NCBI GenBank assembly: GCA_963768425.1
Contig: CAVYHV010000009.1
Location: forward strand, 192,001-256,000
Direction of reading: 5' to 3'
DNA length: 64,000 bases
Source: Candidatus Bathyarchaeota archaeon
GTDB lineage: Archaea > Thermoproteota > Bathyarchaeia > Bathyarchaeales > Bathycorpusculaceae
Every line of letters starts with the position of its first letter. Within the stretch, counting starts at the first letter, position 1. Below are positions 33,501 to 43,253 of this stretch, piece by piece. Position numbers and translations under genes: made by a program. The notes under the pieces were generated by a model. The model was not told the DNA's origin. It ran no database searches and worked only from the letters and a program-made list of their open reading frames with translations.

Positions 33501-34169
33501 GCGAGCATAACTGTTGACGGTTCTGCAGTGGCGGTTTCTTCCTCTTCAGGTCAAATGGTCAGCTTCACCAATATTCAGACGCTAAATACGATCTCAGCTA
33601 ATTTTGCACCAAATCCAACTCCCGCCTCAACCGCATCGCCAGCACACTCACAAACTGCCACGGCAAACCCTGCACCAACACCAGCGCCTTCCCCAACAAC
33701 AACTGTGCCCGCGACCACAAGCAACGGTGTAACTGTTGACCTTGAAATCAGCGGAAACATAACCAGCTCACAAATATCCAACGTCAAAATCGCCACAAAC
33801 CAGTCTGCCCTTACGACCACGGTGTCTTTCATTCTGACTGGGGAAAGCGGCTCTACAGGCTTTGGCAATGTAACCATCCCCAAGAGCGCAGTAATCTACG
33901 GAACCATACCGACAATTTATATTGACGACCAGCAAGCTTCAAACCAAGGGTACACCCAAAACAGCAACAGCTACTACATATGGTACACAACCAACTTCAA
34001 CACAGACGAAGTAAAAATCATGTTCACCACAGCCTCTCCTTCTTCTGGTCCTGCGACGCACTCAAATTTACTTCTAGAAGCAATCTTTGGAGTAGTTGCT
34101 GTCATTGTTATCGCGGTAATGGTTGCAACTGTGATTATGCTAAGGAAAAGCAAGAAAGGCGAAACTTGA
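30584..34169 (+). CDS. Membrane-anchored S53 (sedolisin-like) peptidase with Ig/PKD repeats, frameshifted near 31250
   Basis: EISLDVE, SSGD, PDVS, GGTSAGAP, GYDLATGLGS; repeated TY.WY domains; C-terminal TM. Confidence 0.9.
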
Positions 34170-34197
34170 AACAAACACAAGCGAAGAACCCCAACCA

Positions 34198-34222
34198 TTG
34201 CGCTGTCTCGTCCTTAAATTCG
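34198..34222 (+). repeat. 25-bp boundary site, copy 6
   Basis: TTGCGCTGTCTCGTCCTTAAATTCG between the sedolisin stop and the YncE-B downstream region. Confidence 0.75.
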
Positions 34223-34280
34223 TTAATGTGAAAAAAAAGGGGAAACTGTCAGGTTTTGTATTATGGCAGTTTCATCTGTT

Positions 34281-35492
34281 TTATCTTGGGAGGGTTTTTC
34301 TTGTTCGCATTGTCAATGCAACGGTGCAAAAAGTTACAGCTACTATTGCTGCCGCAACTGAAATGAGTGCTACATTGCTGAACTCTGGAACTTTCGGCGT
34401 GGGAGTTGAGCTTGTAGAAGTAGAGGTGCCTGTGCTTGACGTGGGTGTAGAGGTTGGGTTGGAAGTCCCACTCGATGGATCTGATATCACCGCTAGGCTG
34501 CCCATGAAACCTTCTGTAGAACCTCCGTCATTGATTGCGTATATCGTGCTTGTTCCAGAGTCGTAAGCTATGCCGTTGGATCCAGTATAAGTATTGGTAC
34601 CGTTAGTATCCACTGTTCCTACAACATTTTTCGTGCTGTCAGAAATGATTGCGACTGAAGTAAGGTCATTTATGTAAATTTCTCCTTTGTTAGAATTGTA
34701 TGCCATGTCGCCTAATGTGACTGACGTTGGCAAGTCGATGGTTGCAACAACCTTGTTGGTGCTGTCTGAGATAACTTGGATATTGTAGGTATGTAAGCCT
34801 GTGTTTGAATCGAAAACTGAGCCTGCAACGAAAATTTCGCCCTTGCCGGAATCATAGGCTAAGTAATCGGGGGCGCTACTGATCGGTATAGTAGTGGTGA
34901 CGGCATTTGTGTTGGCTGATATAACGTTAACAACGGCGGAGCCTTCGCTTCCCGTTGCAGCGAATATCTCGCTTTTGGCTGAATCGTCAACCATCCCTGT
35001 TACAGATTGTGTAATGTTAGCTATGATGGTGTTAGTGCTGTCCGAGATGACTGCGATGTTCCCATTGTAAGACATGAATACTTCACCTGTTTTGGGATCG
35101 AAAGCTGCTAGCTCTAAACCGTTTGTGTCACTTACGTTTGCAACAATTGTGTTGGTGGCGTCTGAAATGGCGTATGCTCCGGTGGCGTCTGCTACCCATA
35201 TCTCGCCTTTGACGGAATCGTAGGCTAAGTTGAAGGGAGCACCTGCGTACTGCGTAAGCGCTGTTACGTCGGCAACTTGTTGGTTGGTGCTGTCTGAGAT
35301 AACTTGGATATCGCCGCCATAGTAGTTATCGACGAAAATCTCATGCATGGCAGGATCATATACTACTCCTATAGGACCGACTCCCGTTGTTATAGTGGTT
35401 GTCAATGACGCGGCGTGGACTGAGCCAGCAATAGACAACATAAAGATAACTATTGAAAGCAAACCTAAGAGTTTCCAAATTTTGACTTTCAT
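34281..35492 (-). CDS. YncE-like beta-propeller surface protein with PEF-CTERM (paralog B)
   Basis: Near-identical signal peptide and PTPKVPEFSN anchor to 21256-22404. Confidence 0.85.
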   Translation of the reverse strand: MKVKIWKLLGLLSIVIFMLSIAGSVHAASLTTTITTGVGPIGVVYDPAMHEIFVDNYYGGDIQVISDSTNQQVADVTALTQYAGAPFNLAYDSVKGEIWVADATGAYAISDATNTIVANVSDTNGLELAAFDPKTGEVFMSYNGNIAVISDSTNTIIANITQSVTGMVDDSAKSEIFAATGSEGSAVVNVISANTNAVTTTIPISSAPDYLAYDSGKGEIFVAGSVFDSNTGLHTYNIQVISDSTNKVVATIDLPTSVTLGDMAYNSNKGEIYINDLTSVAIISDSTKNVVGTVDTNGTNTYTGSNGIAYDSGTSTIYAINDGGSTEGFMGSLAVISDPSSGTSNPTSTPTSSTGTSTSTSSTPTPKVPEFSNVALISVAAAIVAVTFCTVALTMRTRKTLPR

Positions 35493-35959
35493 ATGTATTC
35501 CTTAACCTTTCATTTTATAGCTTGCACTTGATGTGAAAGCAATATCTCAGTGTGTTAATTCCGAATTGATATAAAAAACTTTACGGAAAATTCCTTAATA
35601 CTTTCTAGGTCAACAACTGCGACTTTGTGCGCCAGAGAACTCACGATTTTGATTAATGCCTAATTCGATGAGTGATCCGCCGAGGGTTCTTACTGTATAG
35701 AGTGGAATGAAAATAGAGGGTGGGTCGAACGCTATTTTATGGGAAAGGAAACCCGGGACGCCACTTAGCCGAGAAAGGATTAGGGAGAAGAATTGAAATA
35801 TTTATTCCATGCGTCAAAACCTGTTTCCGCAAATGGCCAGCATCTTTTTTGGTTTCCTTTTTGGATTTATGGGTTCTTTTAGAAGGAATGTTTCGAGATT
35901 GGAAATATCAAAGATATAGCTGAAAACAGTTGAGAACTAGAAAAGGAGACACAGAACTA

Positions 35960-36163
35960 ATGAAGTGTGGTAGGCGTTCTGAGGAATGTTGCAAAGAAGC
36001 CAAATTCGAAGTTGACGTTTACGCGGTGAAGCGGGTGGATAAAGGCAGATTCTTTCGATATGAACGGAGCAGTAAGCTTAGCAAGCTATTTTTCTGTGAA
36101 GACCATGCGGCTCCTTTTTATCAGGATAAATTGAACTATGAAATAACTGAACTGAAAAAGTGA
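35960..36163 (+). CDS. Small zinc-finger protein
   Basis: MKCG...CC...FFCEDHA; AGGAG RBS. Confidence 0.55.
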   Translation: MKCGRRSEECCKEAKFEVDVYAVKRVDKGRFFRYERSSKLSKLFFCEDHAAPFYQDKLNYEITELKK

Positions 36164-36304
36164 CGCAAAAAATACGCGTGATAGGTTGAAGGTGGCCGCT
36201 GAAATATTGCTGTGTTATGTACACTGAGAGCTAACAGCCTAAAGCTTAAACTCTCAAAAAAACTGAGGTGGAATTTGTTTAATAGCTTGTTTGTAAAGGT
36301 TGCA

Positions 36305-36436
36305 TTAGTTTTTGCAGTCGACTAGATGGGCTGTGCCGTCTGGACAAAAGACTTTCTCGCCTACGCAAACCCGTTTGAAACGGCGTTTGCACTCAGAAAG
36401 TTGTCTTTCGCATCCGTCACAATCACGAGATAGCAT
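36305..36436 (-). CDS. Cys-rich microprotein (43 aa)
   Basis: MLSRDCDGCERQLSECKRRFKRVCVGEKVFCPDGTAHLVDCKN; GAGGTGA RBS. Confidence 0.65.
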   Translation of the reverse strand: MLSRDCDGCERQLSECKRRFKRVCVGEKVFCPDGTAHLVDCKN

Positions 36437-36697
36437 CTTGTCACCTCATCATTTTAATATTAAATCGTAAGTAATGTAATATCATATAATTAAAGATTAT
36501 CGTTTTACAATCATTTATGGATAATTTGTCCTACCAGATCGTTACCCATTGATTAATTGCTTCGTTGCATTTCATTTCTTTTAGTTCTTCACAATTTGCC
36601 TTGGGTTCGTTTGGCGTGTATCCATGCTGAATAACCTTTATTAAGACTTACTACACAAGTTATACTTGCAGCAGACCCACTGATGTAAGAGGGTAAC

Positions 36698-37771
36698 ATG
36701 CAAAAACGGATACTTTCAATAAAAACAGCAGTAGTGGCGTTAGTGCGGGAAGTTCCAATCCGGATAAAAGGATTAGTTGCAGGTTTAAAGTCAAAGCTTC
36801 CGGGGACGGCGTCGGTAGCGGCGTTAGTGCGGGAAGTTCCAATCCGGATAAAAGGATTAGTTGCAGGTTTAAAGTCAAAGCTTCCGGGGACGGCGTCGGT
36901 AGCGGCGTTAGTGCGGGAAGTTCCAATCCGGATAAAAGGATTAGTCGTAGGTCTAAAGTCAAAGCTTCCGGGGACGGCGTCGGTAGCGGCGTTAGTGCGG
37001 GAAGTTCCAATCCGGATAAAAGGATTAGTCGTAGGTCTAAAGTCAAAGCTTCCGGGGACGGCGTCGGTAGCGGCGTTAGTACGGGAAGTTACATTCTATG
37101 AACAGTTAAAAAAAGCCACGCAGCTTTCTAAACCACATAATGACAAGTCAAAAAAGCTTGAAGTGACAGCGTCAAAACCGAAGATTCCGAAAACAACTCA
37201 CGTGGCAGGTTCAAAACGAAAACTATCAAAAACAACCTTGGTAGTTGTTTCATTAGTTATGATAGGACTGGCTTTATCGGTTACCACTTTTGCTGTCATC
37301 ACCAACTCGCCAATTCCGTCTTCAGCTGATATATTGAAAACTTTACCAAACGTTTCCAATAGCACTGCCACACAATCACCAAACGTGGCCAGTAGCCTAT
37401 CATCAAAGTCAAACGTGCTTTCCAATGGGGCAGTGACAACATCGGCGAACTGTGGCTTGTATTCTGACAGCGCGTGCATCACACCATTGAGCTCCATAGA
37501 CTGGGGAATTTTAACCGCTGGAGGAACTGTCACTCAAACAATCTACGTCAAAAACACAGGCAGCGGCCTTCCGCTAACTTTGAACATGACGACAACTAAT
37601 TGGAGTCCAGCAAGCGCAAATGGACCAATAACTGTAACATGGGACCAAGAAGGCACAGTATTATCGCCTGGGCAATCGATAGCTGCAACCCTAACATTGG
37701 CTGTCTCCTCGAGCGAGATTGGGCTCGCAAACTTCGGTGTCCAAATATCTATAACAGGCACAAATTCCTGA
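36698..37771 (+). CDS. Membrane-anchored TasA/pilin-like protein with N-terminal 28-aa repeats
   Basis: 4.3 repeats, basic segment, TM ending TTFA, Ig-like domain paralogous to 39091-39549. Confidence 0.65.
   Translation: MQKRILSIKTAVVALVREVPIRIKGLVAGLKSKLPGTASVAALVREVPIRIKGLVAGLKSKLPGTASVAALVREVPIRIKGLVVGLKSKLPGTASVAALVREVPIRIKGLVVGLKSKLPGTASVAALVREVTFYEQLKKATQLSKPHNDKSKKLEVTASKPKIPKTTHVAGSKRKLSKTTLVVVSLVMIGLALSVTTFAVITNSPIPSSADILKTLPNVSNSTATQSPNVASSLSSKSNVLSNGAVTTSANCGLYSDSACITPLSSIDWGILTAGGTVTQTIYVKNTGSGLPLTLNMTTTNWSPASANGPITVTWDQEGTVLSPGQSIAATLTLAVSSSEIGLANFGVQISITGTNS
36731..37090 (+). repeat. 84-bp tandem repeat, 4.3 copies
   Basis: Units start at 36731, 36815, 36899, 36983, 37067; near identical. 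Confidence 0.95.
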
Positions 37772-37934
37772 CCCTTTCAACCTAAGTCAGCATAACAACC
37801 TTTAGCGTCAAAATTACGTCTCAACAGTACAAATTAGCTTCAAGAAACTTTCTCAAACTATTTTTTCTCGAAACTAGCCCATTAGCTTAAGCCTTATACA
37901 GATTGATGAATTTCTACTTCGAAATTATTCAAAA

Positions 37935-38663
37935 ATGGTATGCAAAAATTTATATGAATTAGCAGCCGATAAGACGCCAGTTGTGGCGCGGAGAAGATTG
38001 GGAATGGAAAAAACGATGCGGAAATTGTGTTTGGTCGTTTTTGTTACGGTTTTTGTGGTTATTATGTTTTCTTTTTCGCCGTTTGTTGCCCTGGCGCAGT
38101 ATGAGACTACAAAGACAGCTGATTTTACTATTCCATCTTCTGGCACAAGTTATATCGATCTAAGTACCACCCCAGGCGGAGTTTCGATTGATATATCTGG
38201 CACAATTTATGCAACTGGATTAGTATCCGCTGCCGCTTACGCTGGAAATCCACAACCACACGCCTCTTGGCCTGTTAAGGTTACATTGACCCGCTTTGTT
38301 GATGTCACAATTAGTATGGATGCGAGTTATTTTAAAACTGCAAACTTGACGATATCTTACAGCAATTCCGACGTTGTGGGAATAAATCCGCCTTATTCAC
38401 TTTACAAGTATGATTCTGAATCTAACACCTACGTTCCACTCAATAGTACTGTTGATGACTCAGCGAAAACCATAACTACCACATTAGCAAGCGTCAATGA
38501 TCCCCTTTTTGCCATAGGTGGCACAACTGCTGTAGTTGTCACCCCAACCCCTGTAGCCCACTCTAATCAACAATGGATCTGGCTGATAGTGGCAACCGTC
38601 ATCATAATTATTGCGCTCACTGCTGCCCTGCTGATATTCCGTCGCAAAGCTTCGAATGCATGA
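37935..38663 (+). CDS. Secreted membrane-anchored protein (PGF-pre-PGF-like domain)
   Basis: Signal peptide (likely start 38004-38016); LYKYD...Y..L.S.VD...TIT; C-terminal TM plus RRK. Confidence 0.65.
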   Translation: MVCKNLYELAADKTPVVARRRLGMEKTMRKLCLVVFVTVFVVIMFSFSPFVALAQYETTKTADFTIPSSGTSYIDLSTTPGGVSIDISGTIYATGLVSAAAYAGNPQPHASWPVKVTLTRFVDVTISMDASYFKTANLTISYSNSDVVGINPPYSLYKYDSESNTYVPLNSTVDDSAKTITTTLASVNDPLFAIGGTTAVVVTPTPVAHSNQQWIWLIVATVIIIIALTAALLIFRRKASNA

Positions 38664-39090
38664 GGGATGTTTCAACAAAATATCTGCATTGTTAATTTTG
38701 ACGCCACCAGAATGAGGTTCAATCTCTTTTTGATTTGGTTTTTGTTATATTACCATTTAGGAAACATGACCTATATACTCTCCTGGATATCTGTTTGCTT
38801 AAGGAGAGAAAGGCGATCGGGGAGAAGGGAAGGCTTCCATACTGCTTTTGAGATAACGATGTTACTGCAAGCCTTAACAGATAACGAGGAAACTAAAATG
38901 ACCCAAGAAACTACGGATGAAATTCGAGCACCGAGTTTGTGGAGAAATATTCTTTCGGTCATTCTGCCTCGGGCTCTATTTAACTGAGAATTCCTGGACC
39001 TGTAGTTTAGTTGTTCACTTGTACGGCAAGCTCATTCTACCTATAATGTTTATTAAGTCTCACGATACAACACACTTATCGAGGGGTACC

Positions 39091-39549
39091 GTGCCGAAAC
39101 GTAAAGTCACAATAATTGTTGCGTTAGCAGCATTAATAATGATCGGCGTATCTTTAACACTGCTCACCTTTGCAACTCTTACCACATCTACAACCTTAAC
39201 ATCAACCGGTTCCGTGTCTACAACGGCAAACTTGGGCCTATACTCCGACAGCGGATGCACAACACCCCTGAACTCCATAAACTGGGGAACAGTAACAGCA
39301 GGTGGCAACGTCACTAAAACAATCTACATCAAAAACATCAGCAGCGGCTTAGCATTAACACTAAACATGGCTACCAGCAACTGGAGCCCGTCAAACTCAA
39401 ATGAATACCTGACCATCTCTTGGAACCAAAACGGCACCAGACTCCAACCCTGCGCGTCAACATCCGCAACCTTAACTATGATAGTCTCTCCAGCGGAAGT
39501 TGGAATCACAACCTTCAACGTCCAAATATCAATCACCGGTACAAACTAG
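39091..39549 (+). CDS. TasA/pilin-like secreted protein
   Basis: GTG with GAGGGG RBS; signal ending LTFA; GLYSDS.C.TPL.SI.WG, TIY.KN, NWSP, F.VQISITG. Confidence 0.65.
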   Translation: MPKRKVTIIVALAALIMIGVSLTLLTFATLTTSTTLTSTGSVSTTANLGLYSDSGCTTPLNSINWGTVTAGGNVTKTIYIKNISSGLALTLNMATSNWSPSNSNEYLTISWNQNGTRLQPCASTSATLTMIVSPAEVGITTFNVQISITGTN

Positions 39550-39757
39550 CCAAAATTTCGGCTAATAATTTTTTGTATTTCTTCAAGTACGCTGTTATGC
39601 TCATGTAGTGCAGGTTTCTTTGGAGTGCCTAATGTATACCAAGAAATCTTATTTCCCCCGCAGATGAGTAAGAAAATACTTGACGTTAGCGGCAACAAGT
39701 TGGAGGGATTTAGCTATTTATTTAGCGATCTTGGCGGCTTTTCTTAGCGGCAGTTTT

Positions 39758-39940
39758 TTAGGTTTTTAGGCTATGCTCGGGCAAAAGAACTGTTAGGGCG
39801 ATATTTTCTTTTATTTTGGCTAAGTTCGGTTTTAGTTTTTCCTTTCTCTTTCCAATCCAGTAAAGGCTCCATCCTAAGCACCAAATAAAAACTGCCATTG
39901 GTATTGCGAGCAATAATAATGCCCGTCTACTCTTTCGCAT
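39758..39940 (-). CDS. Small membrane protein
   Basis: Single TM segment and basic tail. Confidence 0.55.
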   Translation of the reverse strand: MRKSRRALLLLAIPMAVFIWCLGWSLYWIGKRKEKLKPNLAKIKENIALTVLLPEHSLKT

Positions 39941-40292
39941 AATCTGTTATTATTCTGGTGTCTTTATAACAATTTATGATACGTAAATGTATATGTCAAT
40001 CATCTGCGCATAAAATTAAGAAGCAATTATTCAATTGAATAACCATTTTGCGTGCAACACAACTAAGACCAACCTTAACCGAAAAACATGAGACAACCAA
40101 ACCATAACTAACAATTCAACTAACAGCTTTTCTGGTGTTACTGCTGTTGTTGGCAGTGACTTAATGGCAATTTTCAGAATCTAATTGATGGAAGACCGCT
40201 CATAGACGTCTCTCATAGAACTCGATGCTCTTTATTCTAGAATAATCATTAAATAGTTCGGGATAGACAGAGGGCTTGAGGGCAAGAGCAAA

Positions 40293-40742
40293 GTGATTGC
40301 CAGCGAGACATCCGCCACTTCATCAAGCGAACCTTGTGAGAGCAAAGCGCAAGCTCAGAAAAAGCTGGTTGAGGAAATCAGGGTTCAATGGAAGCTTTTA
40401 TGGAATGAACGGTTCGACGATAAAAAGCTGGCTGAAGGAGTCTCACTTAATGATTATTCAATCTTGCATGTTGAGAGAGGCACGGTCATTCATGCAACAA
40501 GGAACTTCAAAGCCCTAAGTTTCAAAGAGATTCTCGACACAAACATGGTGCAAAACCCCGAACGCTACATTCCGCCATCAACAAGCGTAGGCGGCTGGGG
40601 CAAATTCATAAAGAAAGAAATAACTAATCAAAGTAACCAAAAACGCGGAGGACGCGCTGCTTCGTATCTTGCTGAAAAACCAAGTAAACCTACGTCGCAG
40701 CAGCCCAAAAAAGGCGGACGCGGATGGCTTCACTCCACCTGA
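40293..40742 (+). CDS. Hypothetical protein
   Basis: Intact 149-aa ORF with WKLLW.ERFDD, RGTVI.ATR, GGWGKF. Confidence 0.7.
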   Translation: MIASETSATSSSEPCESKAQAQKKLVEEIRVQWKLLWNERFDDKKLAEGVSLNDYSILHVERGTVIHATRNFKALSFKEILDTNMVQNPERYIPPSTSVGGWGKFIKKEITNQSNQKRGGRAASYLAEKPSKPTSQQPKKGGRGWLHST

Positions 40743-40811
40743 TTTTGCAACCAAAAACTTAGTTACGCAAATCGTTTTACCAATAATCTTAATTTGAATC
40801 TAGCGAGTCGT

Positions 40812-41435
40812 TTATGGCTTATTTCTTAGCCAGATGGGGTTTCCATTTATCACTTCTCTTTGCTGTGGCTCAGACCAAGGCAAGTCCAAGGCTGAAAAAA
40901 CGCTTTCCTCTGTCTCTCCTGCAACTGCGGCTTCATCTTTCATCAGTCCGGTGCTGTATTTTAGCCTGTATCCTTTGGATAAGGCGTATCCTGCTAACCA
41001 CATGTTGTGGTCTGCTGATCCTGTACGGATTAGCTCTTGAATGCCGAATGTCTGCTGGGTTGCCCGGTAGAAGTCAACTTGGAAGAAACACGCTTCGACG
41101 GGATAGTTGAGTTTTATTAGACTTGGGCCTTGGCAGATTACTTTTGTTTTTTTCAGCGTCCAAACAATTTTGGACCAGTTGCCATCTGTCGCCGTTGCAA
41201 CGAAGTCGATGTCGCCGACCTGCGGCTTGCGGCGTCTGATGCTCCCGACTATTTTGAGTTTGCTGCACAGCGGCTTGATTGTTTCTTCAACTTGGATGGC
41301 GACTGCATGTGCCTTTGCATGTTCCAGAGAACTTAGAACCGCTGGTTCCTGCTCTGAACCGAACAGTTTAGCTTGCTTCATAGCCGTCTCCTTGCTGCTT
41401 AGGGGACTTTGAGGTGCCTTAAAAAGCGAACGCAT
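40812..41435 (-). CDS. Minimal DNA polymerase X (palm and C-terminal subdomain only)
   Basis: GSIRR...GDIDFV, QVD, TGS..HN, EE.VF..L.LPW..P..RE. Confidence 0.85.
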   Translation of the reverse strand: MRSLFKAPQSPLSSKETAMKQAKLFGSEQEPAVLSSLEHAKAHAVAIQVEETIKPLCSKLKIVGSIRRRKPQVGDIDFVATATDGNWSKIVWTLKKTKVICQGPSLIKLNYPVEACFFQVDFYRATQQTFGIQELIRTGSADHNMWLAGYALSKGYRLKYSTGLMKDEAAVAGETEESVFSALDLPWSEPQQREVINGNPIWLRNKP

Positions 41436-41569
41436 AATCTGCTGAACGCGTTAGGAGAGGGGACGGTTAAAGTGAATTCTGATCTACCAACGATTGTTAT
41501 TTTGAAATAGATGTTCCAAAATGTAGATTTAATAAAACGTGTTCCAATACTTGAAATGTCTGGAGCCAA

Positions 41570-42070
41570 ATGCTGGAGACGCAAAGAATGGACAAAAAAA
41601 CACTGCTAATCTTTGTGTTGATATCGATTCTTGCTTTTTCAGTTTTCGTCAGTATTTACCTTAGTAGCCCTCTCAGTCAAGAAACACGCTTCTACATTAA
41701 ATTCGGAGTGGTTCCCATGTCCAACTTTGCTTATCCGTTTTCCCCACCGGTCTCAATGTACCGTGCGCTTCAAATCGGCTTAGAAAGTCTGGGTTATGAC
41801 AAGATATCGCTGATAGGCATGTCCGTAACTGCGGACTTTGTTTATGCCTTCACGGATTCTGGCGCTTATGCGGGTGGCACCGGAATAGTCAGAGATGTAA
41901 CGACCCTACCCGAAAACTACTCATCGACAATAGTAGTCATGGCGGGAGGCTATGAGTATGCTTGGGCAATAACCGTCAATCACGCTAGGAACCCAACGAA
42001 CCCGCCTATTGGGTTTTGCTTGGTGGATGCCCAAACAGGATCGTTACTTCCAAAACCCATCCTGCCTTGA
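41570..42070 (+). CDS. Membrane-anchored secreted protein (PepSY-like C-terminus)
   Basis: N-terminal TM; YAW.I...LVDAQTG. Confidence 0.6.
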   Translation: MLETQRMDKKTLLIFVLISILAFSVFVSIYLSSPLSQETRFYIKFGVVPMSNFAYPFSPPVSMYRALQIGLESLGYDKISLIGMSVTADFVYAFTDSGAYAGGTGIVRDVTTLPENYSSTIVVMAGGYEYAWAITVNHARNPTNPPIGFCLVDAQTGSLLPKPILP

Positions 42071-42265
42071 TGAAGAAATCAGTCGGCACAAACTAATCCG
42101 TTTCCCAAACCAATGTATTTAGATTAAATTCTCTTTATCATGCTATCTTAGTCATGGATCAGTTTTTCGGGTCCGGTCAATTCTGTCGTGGCTTGGAGAG
42201 GCGGGCACAATTGGGTAACTTGCCTGATGTCTGCTACCAGCATCGTTGGATGCGTAGCGGCTGGC

Positions 42266-43123
42266 TTATGGAATTGGATATCCTGCTAATCCGACCAAAT
42301 TTATTGTGTAGCTGTCGACATTGCGGTTAGATGTTGCCATATCAATCTCAACCACATACGTGTCTCCGCTACCCAACCCGATTTGAGGTACACCTAAGGG
42401 TGGCGCTCCGGGGTTAGTTACGTCCTCTGATTGGATTGTCGTATTCTCAACATATAATTTTGCTGTCAAGCCAAAATACGCCATCCCCGAACTGTTGCCT
42501 GGAAAGTTATCCATTGGAGGTGGTTGCTGTGCCGTATAATCGTTTCTTACAGTGGCCTCAATGATGAAACATGCTTGACCATTATATTTTCCATAATAAC
42601 AATACGATGAAATTAGAAAAAGTTTTGAGCTATCTAAATAGCCAGCATCATTCAATTTTGCAACTGGTCCATTCTGAAGCTGTTGTACTTGATTAAACTC
42701 AACTAAAGCAATTGCTGTGCTTGCAATTAAGAGAAAGGCTAACAGTACAGAAAGAACTTGGAAAAACTTTTTTGAACGATAAAGACGAGAGTGAGTTTTA
42801 ACGGAATCTTTTCTTGCAAGAGAAGCATTCTCTACGGTTTGGACGGTTAATAGTGCATCCTTTCCTTGATTGGAGAGACAATATTTCCCATGTTCGTCAG
42901 TCTTGATTAAGTCTCCTAATTTGTTAAGATGATGTTGGAGCTGCCCGCTGCTTTCAATGGAGGTTTTTTTCTTTAAATCGGCAAATCCAAGAGCTTCTTC
43001 ACTTAAAGCCTTTAGAATAACGATCCTTGTGGGATGGCCAAGGGCGTCGAATATTTCTGCTCTTTGTCTATCTCTTTCGATATCTTGTCCCTCTTCCATT
43101 ATCGTGCACCTCAAGGCACTCAC
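42266..43123 (-). CDS. ArsR-type wHTH-TM-extracellular domain regulator
   Basis: AEIFDALGHPTRI.IL..L, LQHHL.KL, YCLS..G; TM; CFII.ATVRNDY domain. Confidence 0.85.
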   Translation of the reverse strand: MSALRCTIMEEGQDIERDRQRAEIFDALGHPTRIVILKALSEEALGFADLKKKTSIESSGQLQHHLNKLGDLIKTDEHGKYCLSNQGKDALLTVQTVENASLARKDSVKTHSRLYRSKKFFQVLSVLLAFLLIASTAIALVEFNQVQQLQNGPVAKLNDAGYLDSSKLFLISSYCYYGKYNGQACFIIEATVRNDYTAQQPPPMDNFPGNSSGMAYFGLTAKLYVENTTIQSEDVTNPGAPPLGVPQIGLGSGDTYVVEIDMATSNRNVDSYTINLVGLAGYPIP

Positions 43124-43253
43124 TACACTTAGCTATTTAATTCCTCGTTTGAAGACTTCCGACTGAAACCAAGTCCTGTTTTCAGGACATTAACGATTTA
43201 GTTAACAGAGACCTTATATGCGGTCATACCCAAGTTTTACTTCGCTTTCTGAA

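Noticed and set aside
35620-35850. Structured RNA or riboswitch upstream of the small Zn protein
   Set aside because: Stems are short, and the region reads equally well as a frameshifted small protein (..EWNENRGWVERYFMGKETRDA..); unresolved.
36731-37090. CRISPR array
   Set aside because: Contiguous in-frame 84-bp units without unique spacers; no cas genes.
42231-42260. attC-like hairpin
   Set aside because: Single copy without RYYYAAC/GTTRRRY boxes; likely a terminator between convergent genes.
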